Source: a virus (Duplodnaviria > Caudoviricetes). Taken from it: DNA of 64,000 nt. Of the stretch, positions 38,790-47,594 are shown in pieces. The stretch is taken from positions 96,001-160,000 of the IMG/VR virus record IMGVR_UViG_3300032285_003957; one strand, 5' to 3'. Both the position numbers and the translations under genes were made by a program. The number at the start of each line of letters is the position of its first letter. The first letter of the stretch is position 1. The notes under the pieces were generated by a model. It did not search any database. It was not told where the DNA came from and worked only from the letters and a program-made list of their open reading frames with translations.

Positions 38790-38895
38790 CCAGTATACTG
38801 GAACTAGATACTAGAACTTATATTCTGGTACCTTATATATTATTTATATTTAATTAAAGATTTTATATTTATTTATTCTGGAACTAGTATACTGG
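38790..38895. repeat. Palindrome/direct repeats flanking a near-pure AT tract (origin-like)
   Basis: CCAGTATACTGG palindrome, CTGGAACTAG x2, AGTATACTGG x2, 45-nt AT tract with one G. Confidence 0.55.
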
Positions 38896-39023
38896 TGTAA
38901 AAAACTACGAAAAAAAATTGACAAAAACAAGAAATACCAAGATTTTCTTTAAAAAAAAATTATTTCCAATACCGATATATTTATAAGAAAGCAAAATAAC
39001 ACATTAAATTTAACTAACACAAT

Positions 39024-39512
39024 ATGGCAGATTTATTAATGAAGATGCCGGTTCCATTTGAACCGAAACGTAAAAATCGATTTATCCTAAGATTTCCTTC
39101 TTCCTTGGGTATCAATGAATGGTATATCGCTTCTACGGCAAGACCAACAGCTAAAATCAAATCAGTAGAAATACCATTTTTGAATACGAAGTCTTACGTA
39201 GCAGGACAATTTGAATGGGAAGAAATCAAAGTAACATTTAGAGACCCAATCGGTCCTTCAGCATCTCAAGCTTTAATGGAATGGTTCCGTTTACATGCAG
39301 AATCAGTAACAGGTAGAATGGGTTATGCAGCTGGATACAAAAAAGATGTGGAATTAGAAATGTTAGACCCAACAGGAGTTGTTGTTGAGAAATGGATTTT
39401 ACAAGGATGTTTCTTAACTAACTTAAACTTCGGTGATTTAGATTACTCAAGAGATGATTTAGCGACAATCGATTGTAGTTTGAGAATGGATAGATGTATT
39501 CAAGTTTATTAA
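39024..39512 (+). CDS. Tail tube protein (gp19-like)
   Basis: FEPKRKNRF, WEEIKVTF, ALMEW, YKKD...LDPTG..VEKWILQGCF. Confidence 0.9.
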   Translation: MADLLMKMPVPFEPKRKNRFILRFPSSLGINEWYIASTARPTAKIKSVEIPFLNTKSYVAGQFEWEEIKVTFRDPIGPSASQALMEWFRLHAESVTGRMGYAAGYKKDVELEMLDPTGVVVEKWILQGCFLTNLNFGDLDYSRDDLATIDCSLRMDRCIQVY

Positions 39513-39534
39513 TATTACATTTTTTTCATATGTA

Positions 39535-39572
39535 AAGACCGGTATTTCAGAAATGGATACCGGTTTTTTTTA
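39535..39572 (+). terminator. Rho-independent terminator after tube
   Basis: ACCGGTAT/ATACCGGT stem plus T tract. Confidence 0.8.
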
Positions 39573-39616
39573 TTTAAAATCTTTACTTTCTTGTAGTTAT
39601 AGTATAAACTTACAAT

Positions 39617-40366
39617 ATGAACAATCAATATATTGACCCAACAATTGCATATGACGTAGTTGAATTACCTAGTATGGGGATTTACTACCCAAATAAGAAA
39701 AAGTCCGTTAAAGTGGCTTATTTGACCGCCTCTGACGAAAATATATTAGCTGCACCCAACTTAACACAGACCAATCAAATCGTTACCGAAATTCTTAAAA
39801 GAAAAGTAGTAGATAAAGATATTGATGTTGAAGATTTAGTTGATGAGGATAGACAAGCTATTTTAATCTTTTTAAGAAATACTGCATTTGGAACTGAATA
39901 TAAAGTATCGTTAACTGACCCAAAAACAAATGAGTCTTTTGATGTTGAAGTTGATTTAAGTTCGTTATCATATAAGAAATTTGATTTAGTAGCTGACTCA
40001 AATGGTGAGTATTCGTATACAATGCCAAAAAGTGGTGCCGATGTAACATTTGTATTTGTTAATCAAAAACAAGAATTAGAATTAGACCAAATTCAAAAAA
40101 GTTGGAATGGTAATGGTGCTGCACCAATTATCACAAAAAGAATGGAAATGATGATTAAATCGGTTAGAGGTAATAGAGACCCAATGTCTATCAGACATTT
40201 CATCGAAAGTTTACCAATTAAAGATTCCCAAGATTTTAGAAAATATACACAAGAAAAGAAACCAGGTCTTGATTTAACCCAAAAAACAACAACCCCGTCA
40301 GGAGAAGAAGTCCAATTTAATATTGGATTCGGGGTGGAATTTTTTCGTCCTTTCTACGGATTATAA
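39617..40366 (+). CDS. Tail/baseplate assembly chaperone (T4 gp26-like)
   Basis: VELPSMG.YY, AYLTASDENIL, DRQAILIFLR, FIESLPIKDS, ends FFRPFYGL; lies between tube and tape measure. Confidence 0.75.
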   Translation: MNNQYIDPTIAYDVVELPSMGIYYPNKKKSVKVAYLTASDENILAAPNLTQTNQIVTEILKRKVVDKDIDVEDLVDEDRQAILIFLRNTAFGTEYKVSLTDPKTNESFDVEVDLSSLSYKKFDLVADSNGEYSYTMPKSGADVTFVFVNQKQELELDQIQKSWNGNGAAPIITKRMEMMIKSVRGNRDPMSIRHFIESLPIKDSQDFRKYTQEKKPGLDLTQKTTTPSGEEVQFNIGFGVEFFRPFYGL

Positions 40367-40502
40367 AAAAGACCAACTTACCGAGATTTTATTTTTAGTC
40401 AAAAGAGGATTCACTTATGGTGATGTCCTTACTATGCCTGTATATGTAAGGAGATATTACATCCAATATATCATTGAGATGGAAGAAGAAAATAACAAAT
40501 AA
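40344..40502 (+). CDS. Unlisted overlapping ORF lacking a 5' ATG; probable frameshift extension of the chaperone
   Basis: FVLSTDYKKDQLTEILFLVKRGFTYGDVLTMPVYVRRYYIQYIIEMEEENNK*; +1 frame starting in the T6 run. Confidence 0.65.
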   Translation, partial: FVLSTDYKKDQLTEILFLVKRGFTYGDVLTMPVYVRRYYIQYIIEMEEENNK

Positions 40503-40516
40503 CCTATTTATATACT

Positions 40517-42466
40517 ATGGGACTAACACCGTTAGAATATTTAGGAAAGAATCCAAAAATGAGTCTTAAGGATTTGAAAGATGCTTATCCAAATGAGGAT
40601 CATTCAAAGTTAGAGACTATTTTCAATAACCATAATAGCAATGCAAGTAGCACTAATTCATATAGTGATGTAAAAAGCGATGTAGGGTCAGGTGCTAAGG
40701 AACAGGGACGAAGTATTGGTAATGTTGTTGTAAAGGGTATTCAAGAAGCTTTTACTGCATCAGAAAGTAACGTAATGACCACCGCTAAGGATGAGTTTGT
40801 TACGGTAAACGATTTATTCAATAAAGTATTCACAGCTGAAGGTAAATTAAGAAGTGCAGGTGACATGTTCAAAGGTATTATGGAATCAGCCTTTAACGGC
40901 ATTAAAACATACTACCAACAACAAAGTGCGTTAATTACTGAAGTTAATACAAAAACAGGATTAACAGGTGAGTTATCAAAACAATTTAGAGAAGAATTAA
41001 CACAATCAAATATTAGTTTAACAAGGTTTGGAATAAGTTTTGAAGATTTATCAAATGCCGCAACAAAGTTAGTTTCTGAAAGTGGTAGATTTTTATTATA
41101 CAACAAAGAATCATTTGATTTATTTGCAAAAGTAGGACAAGCATATGTTGGTAACTTAGAAAAGTTAACAGCAATGTTACCTGAATTTGAAAAAGTAGGT
41201 ATTGGTGGTGTAAGTGCAGCAACAGCAATAGGTGATGCAGGACAAAAAGCTTTAACCTTAGGTTTGAATTCCCAAAAAGTAACGGGAATGATTGGTGAAA
41301 ATATTGGTAAATTAAATCAATACGGTTTTAAAAATGGTGTTGAAGGTTTATCAGCAATGACAAGAAAAGCCATTGAGTTTAGAACAGAATTAGGTAGTGC
41401 ATTTAGTATTGCTGAAAAAGTTATGGACCCTAAAGGTGCATTAGAATTTTCTGCTAAATTACAAGTTATTGGTGGTGCTATTGGTGATTTTGGTGACCCA
41501 CTTAAGTTAATGTATATGGCTACAAATAATGTTGAGGGATTACAAGATGCATTTATAAAAGCAGCAGGTGGTTTAGCAACATATAATGCGCAGCAAGGTA
41601 AATTTGAAATTAACTCTCTTAACATGAGAAGAGTTAGAGACATGGCTGAGGCGACAGGACAAAGTGTTGAGAATTTAACTAAAACAGCAATTGCATTCCA
41701 AGAAAGAGCATTTGCTAAAAATCAATTAATTAATTTAGGATTAAAACCTGAACAAGAAGAATTCATTACTAACCTCTCAAGAATGGAAGGTGGTAAGATG
41801 ACAATTGATTTACAAGGAACATCAATGAGAAGTATGTTTGCAGACATTGCTCAAAATGGTAAAGTCACTTTAGACCAAGTTAGAGATAACAAACAATTAC
41901 GTGAGGCGATAATAAAAAATCAAGATGAATTTGCAAAGAAAACACCTGAGCAAATTATTGCAAGTCAAGCATCAGATGTAAAACAAATTACAAGATATGT
42001 TAGCTTCTTAGTTGCAAGAGCAAGATTTGAAATGGGTAAAACGGCAGATGCGGGTATTGGAAAAGCATTAAGTGCTGCGTTTGGTGTTGATACAGATATT
42101 GTTGGGGCGATAAAAGGTAAATTAGCTTCAGGTGAAGTTAAGATGAAAGATTTAGGTGAAGATGTTAGAAAATTCATTGGCGCTAATGATGCTCGATTAA
42201 AAAGTTTAACAGCTAACGCAACAAAAAATGAAAACGATAGAGTGAACTTAGCCAATACTGCAGAAGCTCAAATGAAAAAAGATAAACAAGCTAACGCAAC
42301 TACAACTGCTAATACTAATAATCCACAAGAAGTTAAACATACTGTTGAAATAAAAGCACCTGCATTAATGGATGGTTGGTCAAGAGAAATGGTTAGAGAT
42401 TCAAGCATAGCTGATTCATTTACTTACGTAAACCCAAGATCATATACAGCGTCAGAAAAAAAATAA
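40517..42466 (+). CDS. Tape measure-like protein
   Basis: Helical A/G-rich 649 aa after the chaperone; GLTGELSKQFR, GAIGDFGDPLKLMY. Confidence 0.7.
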   Translation: MGLTPLEYLGKNPKMSLKDLKDAYPNEDHSKLETIFNNHNSNASSTNSYSDVKSDVGSGAKEQGRSIGNVVVKGIQEAFTASESNVMTTAKDEFVTVNDLFNKVFTAEGKLRSAGDMFKGIMESAFNGIKTYYQQQSALITEVNTKTGLTGELSKQFREELTQSNISLTRFGISFEDLSNAATKLVSESGRFLLYNKESFDLFAKVGQAYVGNLEKLTAMLPEFEKVGIGGVSAATAIGDAGQKALTLGLNSQKVTGMIGENIGKLNQYGFKNGVEGLSAMTRKAIEFRTELGSAFSIAEKVMDPKGALEFSAKLQVIGGAIGDFGDPLKLMYMATNNVEGLQDAFIKAAGGLATYNAQQGKFEINSLNMRRVRDMAEATGQSVENLTKTAIAFQERAFAKNQLINLGLKPEQEEFITNLSRMEGGKMTIDLQGTSMRSMFADIAQNGKVTLDQVRDNKQLREAIIKNQDEFAKKTPEQIIASQASDVKQITRYVSFLVARARFEMGKTADAGIGKALSAAFGVDTDIVGAIKGKLASGEVKMKDLGEDVRKFIGANDARLKSLTANATKNENDRVNLANTAEAQMKKDKQANATTTANTNNPQEVKHTVEIKAPALMDGWSREMVRDSSIADSFTYVNPRSYTASEKK

Positions 42467-42486
42467 AACCTATTTATAAATAAAAA

Positions 42487-45400
42487 ATGCCAAGTTATTT
42501 AGATTTTGAATCAAGCAGAAATGGAAAAAATATCCCTGATTCCCAAACGGGCTTCAGAGATTATTTATTGGCTAAAACATTAAAAAGACCAAATGGTCCG
42601 CAAACATTTACTGCTGCAAATTATTCTGAACAAAGTTTATCTGAACTACCGAACAAAGATGTTGGTGGTATAGATAACAGTGAAAATTTTAATTTGAATA
42701 GTAGTTTGGTAAAAACTTCGGCAACAAACACATACAAACCAATTCAGTTTTTAGTTAAAGATACTTTGGTAACATTACCAAGAGCAAAGAATCTAAATTT
42801 ATATCCATATTTTGAAAGTTCAAATCATACCTTAATTGGTATTATGAGTGGAACAATAGACAATAAAGAATCGGATATGATTCAATTCGCTGAAAATTTT
42901 ATCAAGAACGATAGAAACGGACCCGTGTTTGCAAGATTAGCAAGAAATATTGACACTGAATTTAATGGTAAAAATAGATTATTAGATGCATTAAATGGTA
43001 ATACTGCAACAGCTATTAATTTAGTTACGGGTAGAGAACCATTAATTGAATATAATAATTCAATCACTGTTGCAAAAACATTACCGGGTAAAGCAATAGA
43101 TTTTTTAGAAAAGATAGCAGGTGTTACGGCACCATTTAGTGAAATACCTGGTGATTATTTAACTAATCCCGCACATCCAATTAACTATAGACAAACAATT
43201 GACCCAAAAACAGGACAACCTGTTGACCAATCACAATCAAATAAATTGTGGCAAGATATCACAGGTGCTATAGGTTCATTAATTGGTATACAAAGAAGAC
43301 CTAATTTCACAAGAAAGCCATCTGACTTAATGATTGAGTATTTGGGTGAAGGTCAAAAAATGAAATTATATAATGCGTTAACATTTAACACATATTCACC
43401 AAACTATTCAACAACAGCAATGTCACAAAACTCGTCAAAGGTTTTTAATTTCATTGATAAAGTTGCAAGTTTTGGTAAAAAATTAATTGGTGAAGAAGCA
43501 CCAAATGGTAAAGGTGTTTATGATAAACAAGGTAATTTAGTTGGACGTCGTTCAGCATATATTGGCGATGATAGAGGTGAGGATGTAAAACATGCAATGT
43601 CTGATTTTTACAGCATCATGTATAAGAGTCCTTTTTATCTTAGTCAAATGTTTGATGCAATACCTGGTGGTGGTTATTATGATGGAACAGATTTATTTCA
43701 TCAAAATAAACCATTAGTTTGGGTTAAAGCAAGTGGTGTAACAGATGGTTCAGCTGATATGAATTTCAGACCCGATTCATTATTAGATTATACACAATTT
43801 ATTGTTGGCCTTTCATCTAAAGATGGTGAAGACCACGTATCAAGAGCTATTGATCAAACATCAAAATATTTTGTTGACGGTGGTAAAAAATTTTCAAAGG
43901 GTTCAGCTGTTAAATTACTAAAAGACAAAAGTAGTGATGTTATTGGTGCGGAATATGGTAGAGTGTGGACAAAAACAAATGGTTACAATAGTTTAGACAA
44001 AACAATGAAGCAAGGTTCAAACATAAGAAAGTTTGAAGGTAGCGTATTAGGTGGTAAAAGTAGAGTTTGGAATTTAAACATGGCACCAATGTCAAATGGT
44101 AAAAAATCATTTGAAGGTTCAACAAATATTTTTGAAAGAACAAATGGTGCTAAAGATTTCTATGCTAAAAAATATATGTTCTCTATTGAGAACTTAGCGT
44201 GGAAAACATCAACAATGCCGGGTTTCACATATGATTCATTACCTGCTTGTGAAAGAGGTAATAACTTTGGTAGAGTTATGTGGTTCCCACCATATGGTTT
44301 ACAAATTAGTGAACAGAACAATGCAAAATGGGAGGAGAATACCTTTTTAGGTAGACCTGAACCAATTTACACATATCAAAACACATCAAGAGGTGGACAA
44401 TTGAAATTTAAAATAATTGTTGACCACCCAAGTATTCTTAATTTATTAATAAGAGAACATTTTAAAGATATGACTGATGAACAAGCTGAAGAACATATCT
44501 TAGCTTTTTTTGCGGGAACAGAAACTTTTGATTTTTACACATTAATAAAAACATACACAACATTGGATGCTAATGATGTTGGGTTAATTAAAGCATTTAT
44601 GAATGCACACAATAAACCTGACACATCAACAATTAAAAAGTATAGATATACAAGTGAACCCGTTCCAACAGACAACCCATCAAAACCAGATAATACTAAA
44701 CCCGGAGCACCAATAAAAGCATCTTTTTATTTTGAAAATGATGTTCCTGGTAAATTTTCTGAAAAGAAATCAACATCTGATTTTACTTATGCTCAATTAT
44801 ATGCACCTTATTTAAACAAGAAAGAACAATATCAAGTAGACTTAGCAACGGATTTAAATCAATTATTAACAGGAACAACAGCTGATTACAAATCGGATAT
44901 AAAAGTTATATTTGGAAATGATGTAAAATCTGAAGAAAAAGCAACCGCAATTTCAAAAAGAGTTGAATCTGTTGGTAAAATCTTTGATAAGATGAGAGAC
45001 GATTTTGCAGGCTTAAATACAAGTCTTGCAGATTTGAAAAAACAAATATCAGGTAATACGGTTGATGACGTTACAATTGTTATTGAAAGTTCCACATCAG
45101 AAGTCGGCGAAGATAACCCAAACTTTTATTTAGGTGTTAGAAGAGCTCATAGCATTGCACAAACAGTATTTGAGTTATTAACTGCACCGGGAACTAAAAT
45201 AGATTTTTTAAAATGGCCATCAAGTAGCGATTTAAAAGATAGTTCTAAGAAAGGTTCTGACTTTTTAAAGAATGAATATCCGTTATCAAGTTTTGGTTGG
45301 AAAGAAAATAAAGGTAAATTAAAGTTATCATTCAAATCATACGGTGAAGACTATCAATCAGGTGACTTTAGTTGTAAACAAGTTATTAAAACAAAATTTG

Positions 45401-47268
45401 GTTTAAAGAAAACCGCACCGGTTGCAGTTGGTTGTAGAACTGGTTCTGTTAAGATTACATATGATGTTAAAAATAATCCTGCAACAGTAACAACTGTTCC
45501 ACAAAAAATTAAAATAATTGTGGACGAAGAACCACTGGTTCCTATTCCTAAACCTACAATTGATGTTATGAAACGTATCATCATGAAAACTTTAGGTGAA
45601 TGTTATTATTTTAAAAAATTAGAAGATACAGATCCATTAGTATTCAATGCGTTAAGAGATAAATTAAAATATTTTCATCCTGCATTTCATTCAACAACAC
45701 CTGAAGGTTTAAATACAAGATTAACATTCTTGTTACAATGTGTTAGACCAGGTGATACAATACCTATTAAAGGATTAACTGATGCTTTGGACCAAAATGC
45801 GAGAAATACAACTTTTGGACCACCACCAATTTGTATATTAAGAATTGGTGATTTCTATCATTCAAAAATTATTATTCGTGATGTTAATATCGATTATGAA
45901 GATAATTTATGGGATATGAATCCTGAGGGAATTGGTGTGCAACCAATGATTGCTAACGTTAGTTTATCAATAAACTTTATTGGCGGACAAGGTTTAGAGA
46001 AACCCGTTGAAAGATTACAAAATGCATTATCGTCAAACTTCTTCGCTAATACAGAAATGTATGACGAAAGATCAACATCAACTAACACAATAATTGACGG
46101 TAAAGTAGCTGAAGATTTTGAATATGAATTTTTACATGAATTAGAAAAGAAACCTGAATATCAATTAGTTGATGATGCTGACAAAGGTAACAATGTTTTT
46201 GAAGGACAAACAGTAGGAAAAGCAGATATAAACAATCAAGGACCAATTTTAAGTTATAATTGGTTAATCGATAGTATATATAACTATTCTAAAGTTTACA
46301 CCGACGGAGTTACATCTGCATATGAAAAAATGGTAAAAGATTATGGATTCAAAATTGCAAATCCATTCTTTAATCCTTCAATTAGAACTATAAACCAATA
46401 TGATGTTCAAACACCAAGCGGAACAACACCAATAGGATTTATCGGTTTACACCCAAAAGGTAGTGATATACAAACAACAATTTTAAAAATAAAAACGGCC
46501 GTTCTTGATGCTGTTGAAAACAGTAATTTAGCGGTTGATATTTTAAAGTTAGTTGATAACGCAGACGACGGCCCTGTAACGGAATTAGAAAGAGCGTTAA
46601 AACCATTAATTAAAAAAGTTATTACTGACAAATTAGATGCTATTTCAAGTATTGGCGCTTTAAAAGAAATTGATGACAAGAGAAATGCTGTAACTAGTGA
46701 TTTTGATTACATGAACTATGTTATAAAATACGGAAAAGACGGTTTTATAACAGGAACAACATATAATGACGTTTCATTAAATGGTTTCACAAAAGAAGAA
46801 TTATTTGGTGGATATTCAAATGTTGTAGGTTATCTTTTAGATTTTAATAATAATATGATTCAATCATTAGATACGAGCCTTGATTTTATGGCCATACAAG
46901 GTTTACCGGCTCAAGAAGCAAAAGTTATTATACCTTATTTGATTAAAGATGATGAAAACAAAATTATTGAAGAATTAAAAAAAGAAGAAATTCTTTCATT
47001 AAGTGATTCAACTGGTTTACCATATATTAATAAAATAACGATTAATTTATATAGTCAATCACCTAAACCAATAACAGATTTCAAATACAAGAAAACGACT
47101 GAAGTAAAAAGAAAAGATACTAAAAAATACGAATACGTTAAAGGTGCTGTAGAAGAAATCGCTGCCGAAGACCCTGATGGTAAAAAACCAATTTTGAACA
47201 ATCTTTGGATTAATAAAAATATTGAACCAACAGGAACTAAATTAAATTATTATAAAAAGAAAGGATAA
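42487..47268 (+). CDS. Giant baseplate/tube-initiator-like protein with inserted OmpA-like domain
   Basis: WEENTFLGRPEPIYTY..R..LKFKIIVD and PPICILRIGDF...VNIDY...P..ANVSLS flank FYFEND...IESSTSE...NFYLGVRRAHSI. Confidence 0.6.
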   Translation: MPSYLDFESSRNGKNIPDSQTGFRDYLLAKTLKRPNGPQTFTAANYSEQSLSELPNKDVGGIDNSENFNLNSSLVKTSATNTYKPIQFLVKDTLVTLPRAKNLNLYPYFESSNHTLIGIMSGTIDNKESDMIQFAENFIKNDRNGPVFARLARNIDTEFNGKNRLLDALNGNTATAINLVTGREPLIEYNNSITVAKTLPGKAIDFLEKIAGVTAPFSEIPGDYLTNPAHPINYRQTIDPKTGQPVDQSQSNKLWQDITGAIGSLIGIQRRPNFTRKPSDLMIEYLGEGQKMKLYNALTFNTYSPNYSTTAMSQNSSKVFNFIDKVASFGKKLIGEEAPNGKGVYDKQGNLVGRRSAYIGDDRGEDVKHAMSDFYSIMYKSPFYLSQMFDAIPGGGYYDGTDLFHQNKPLVWVKASGVTDGSADMNFRPDSLLDYTQFIVGLSSKDGEDHVSRAIDQTSKYFVDGGKKFSKGSAVKLLKDKSSDVIGAEYGRVWTKTNGYNSLDKTMKQGSNIRKFEGSVLGGKSRVWNLNMAPMSNGKKSFEGSTNIFERTNGAKDFYAKKYMFSIENLAWKTSTMPGFTYDSLPACERGNNFGRVMWFPPYGLQISEQNNAKWEENTFLGRPEPIYTYQNTSRGGQLKFKIIVDHPSILNLLIREHFKDMTDEQAEEHILAFFAGTETFDFYTLIKTYTTLDANDVGLIKAFMNAHNKPDTSTIKKYRYTSEPVPTDNPSKPDNTKPGAPIKASFYFENDVPGKFSEKKSTSDFTYAQLYAPYLNKKEQYQVDLATDLNQLLTGTTADYKSDIKVIFGNDVKSEEKATAISKRVESVGKIFDKMRDDFAGLNTSLADLKKQISGNTVDDVTIVIESSTSEVGEDNPNFYLGVRRAHSIAQTVFELLTAPGTKIDFLKWPSSSDLKDSSKKGSDFLKNEYPLSSFGWKENKGKLKLSFKSYGEDYQSGDFSCKQVIKTKFGLKKTAPVAVGCRTGSVKITYDVKNNPATVTTVPQKIKIIVDEEPLVPIPKPTIDVMKRIIMKTLGECYYFKKLEDTDPLVFNALRDKLKYFHPAFHSTTPEGLNTRLTFLLQCVRPGDTIPIKGLTDALDQNARNTTFGPPPICILRIGDFYHSKIIIRDVNIDYEDNLWDMNPEGIGVQPMIANVSLSINFIGGQGLEKPVERLQNALSSNFFANTEMYDERSTSTNTIIDGKVAEDFEYEFLHELEKKPEYQLVDDADKGNNVFEGQTVGKADINNQGPILSYNWLIDSIYNYSKVYTDGVTSAYEKMVKDYGFKIANPFFNPSIRTINQYDVQTPSGTTPIGFIGLHPKGSDIQTTILKIKTAVLDAVENSNLAVDILKLVDNADDGPVTELERALKPLIKKVITDKLDAISSIGALKEIDDKRNAVTSDFDYMNYVIKYGKDGFITGTTYNDVSLNGFTKEELFGGYSNVVGYLLDFNNNMIQSLDTSLDFMAIQGLPAQEAKVIIPYLIKDDENKIIEELKKEEILSLSDSTGLPYINKITINLYSQSPKPITDFKYKKTTEVKRKDTKKYEYVKGAVEEIAAEDPDGKKPILNNLWINKNIEPTGTKLNYYKKKG

Positions 47269-47594
47269 TGAGTAGAAGTTATGTAGATAGGTATCAGTAT
47301 TTTATGAACGATGGTGAATATAAAATCGTTCCAGGTATTGATATACCATTTAAAGGAACCGACCGATATACCCAATACAAAAAAGGTAGAGACAGATTAG
47401 ATAGGATTTCCCAAGAAAACTACGGGTCACCTTTATTCGGATGGTTAATATTAATTGCTAACCCAAGGGTTGGTAGTATTGAGTTTGAAATTCCTGATAA
47501 TTCGTATTTAAGAATACCATATCCATTAATTAGTTCATTACAAGACTATAAAAATCAGGTGGATTTGTATAAATTGTATTATGGCGAACAGTAA
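47268..47594 (+). CDS. LysM-like baseplate protein (gp53/P2 gpX-like)
   Basis: DRLDRISQENYGSPLFGWLILIANP...IPDNSYLRIP. Confidence 0.75.
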   Translation: MSRSYVDRYQYFMNDGEYKIVPGIDIPFKGTDRYTQYKKGRDRLDRISQENYGSPLFGWLILIANPRVGSIEFEIPDNSYLRIPYPLISSLQDYKNQVDLYKLYYGEQ

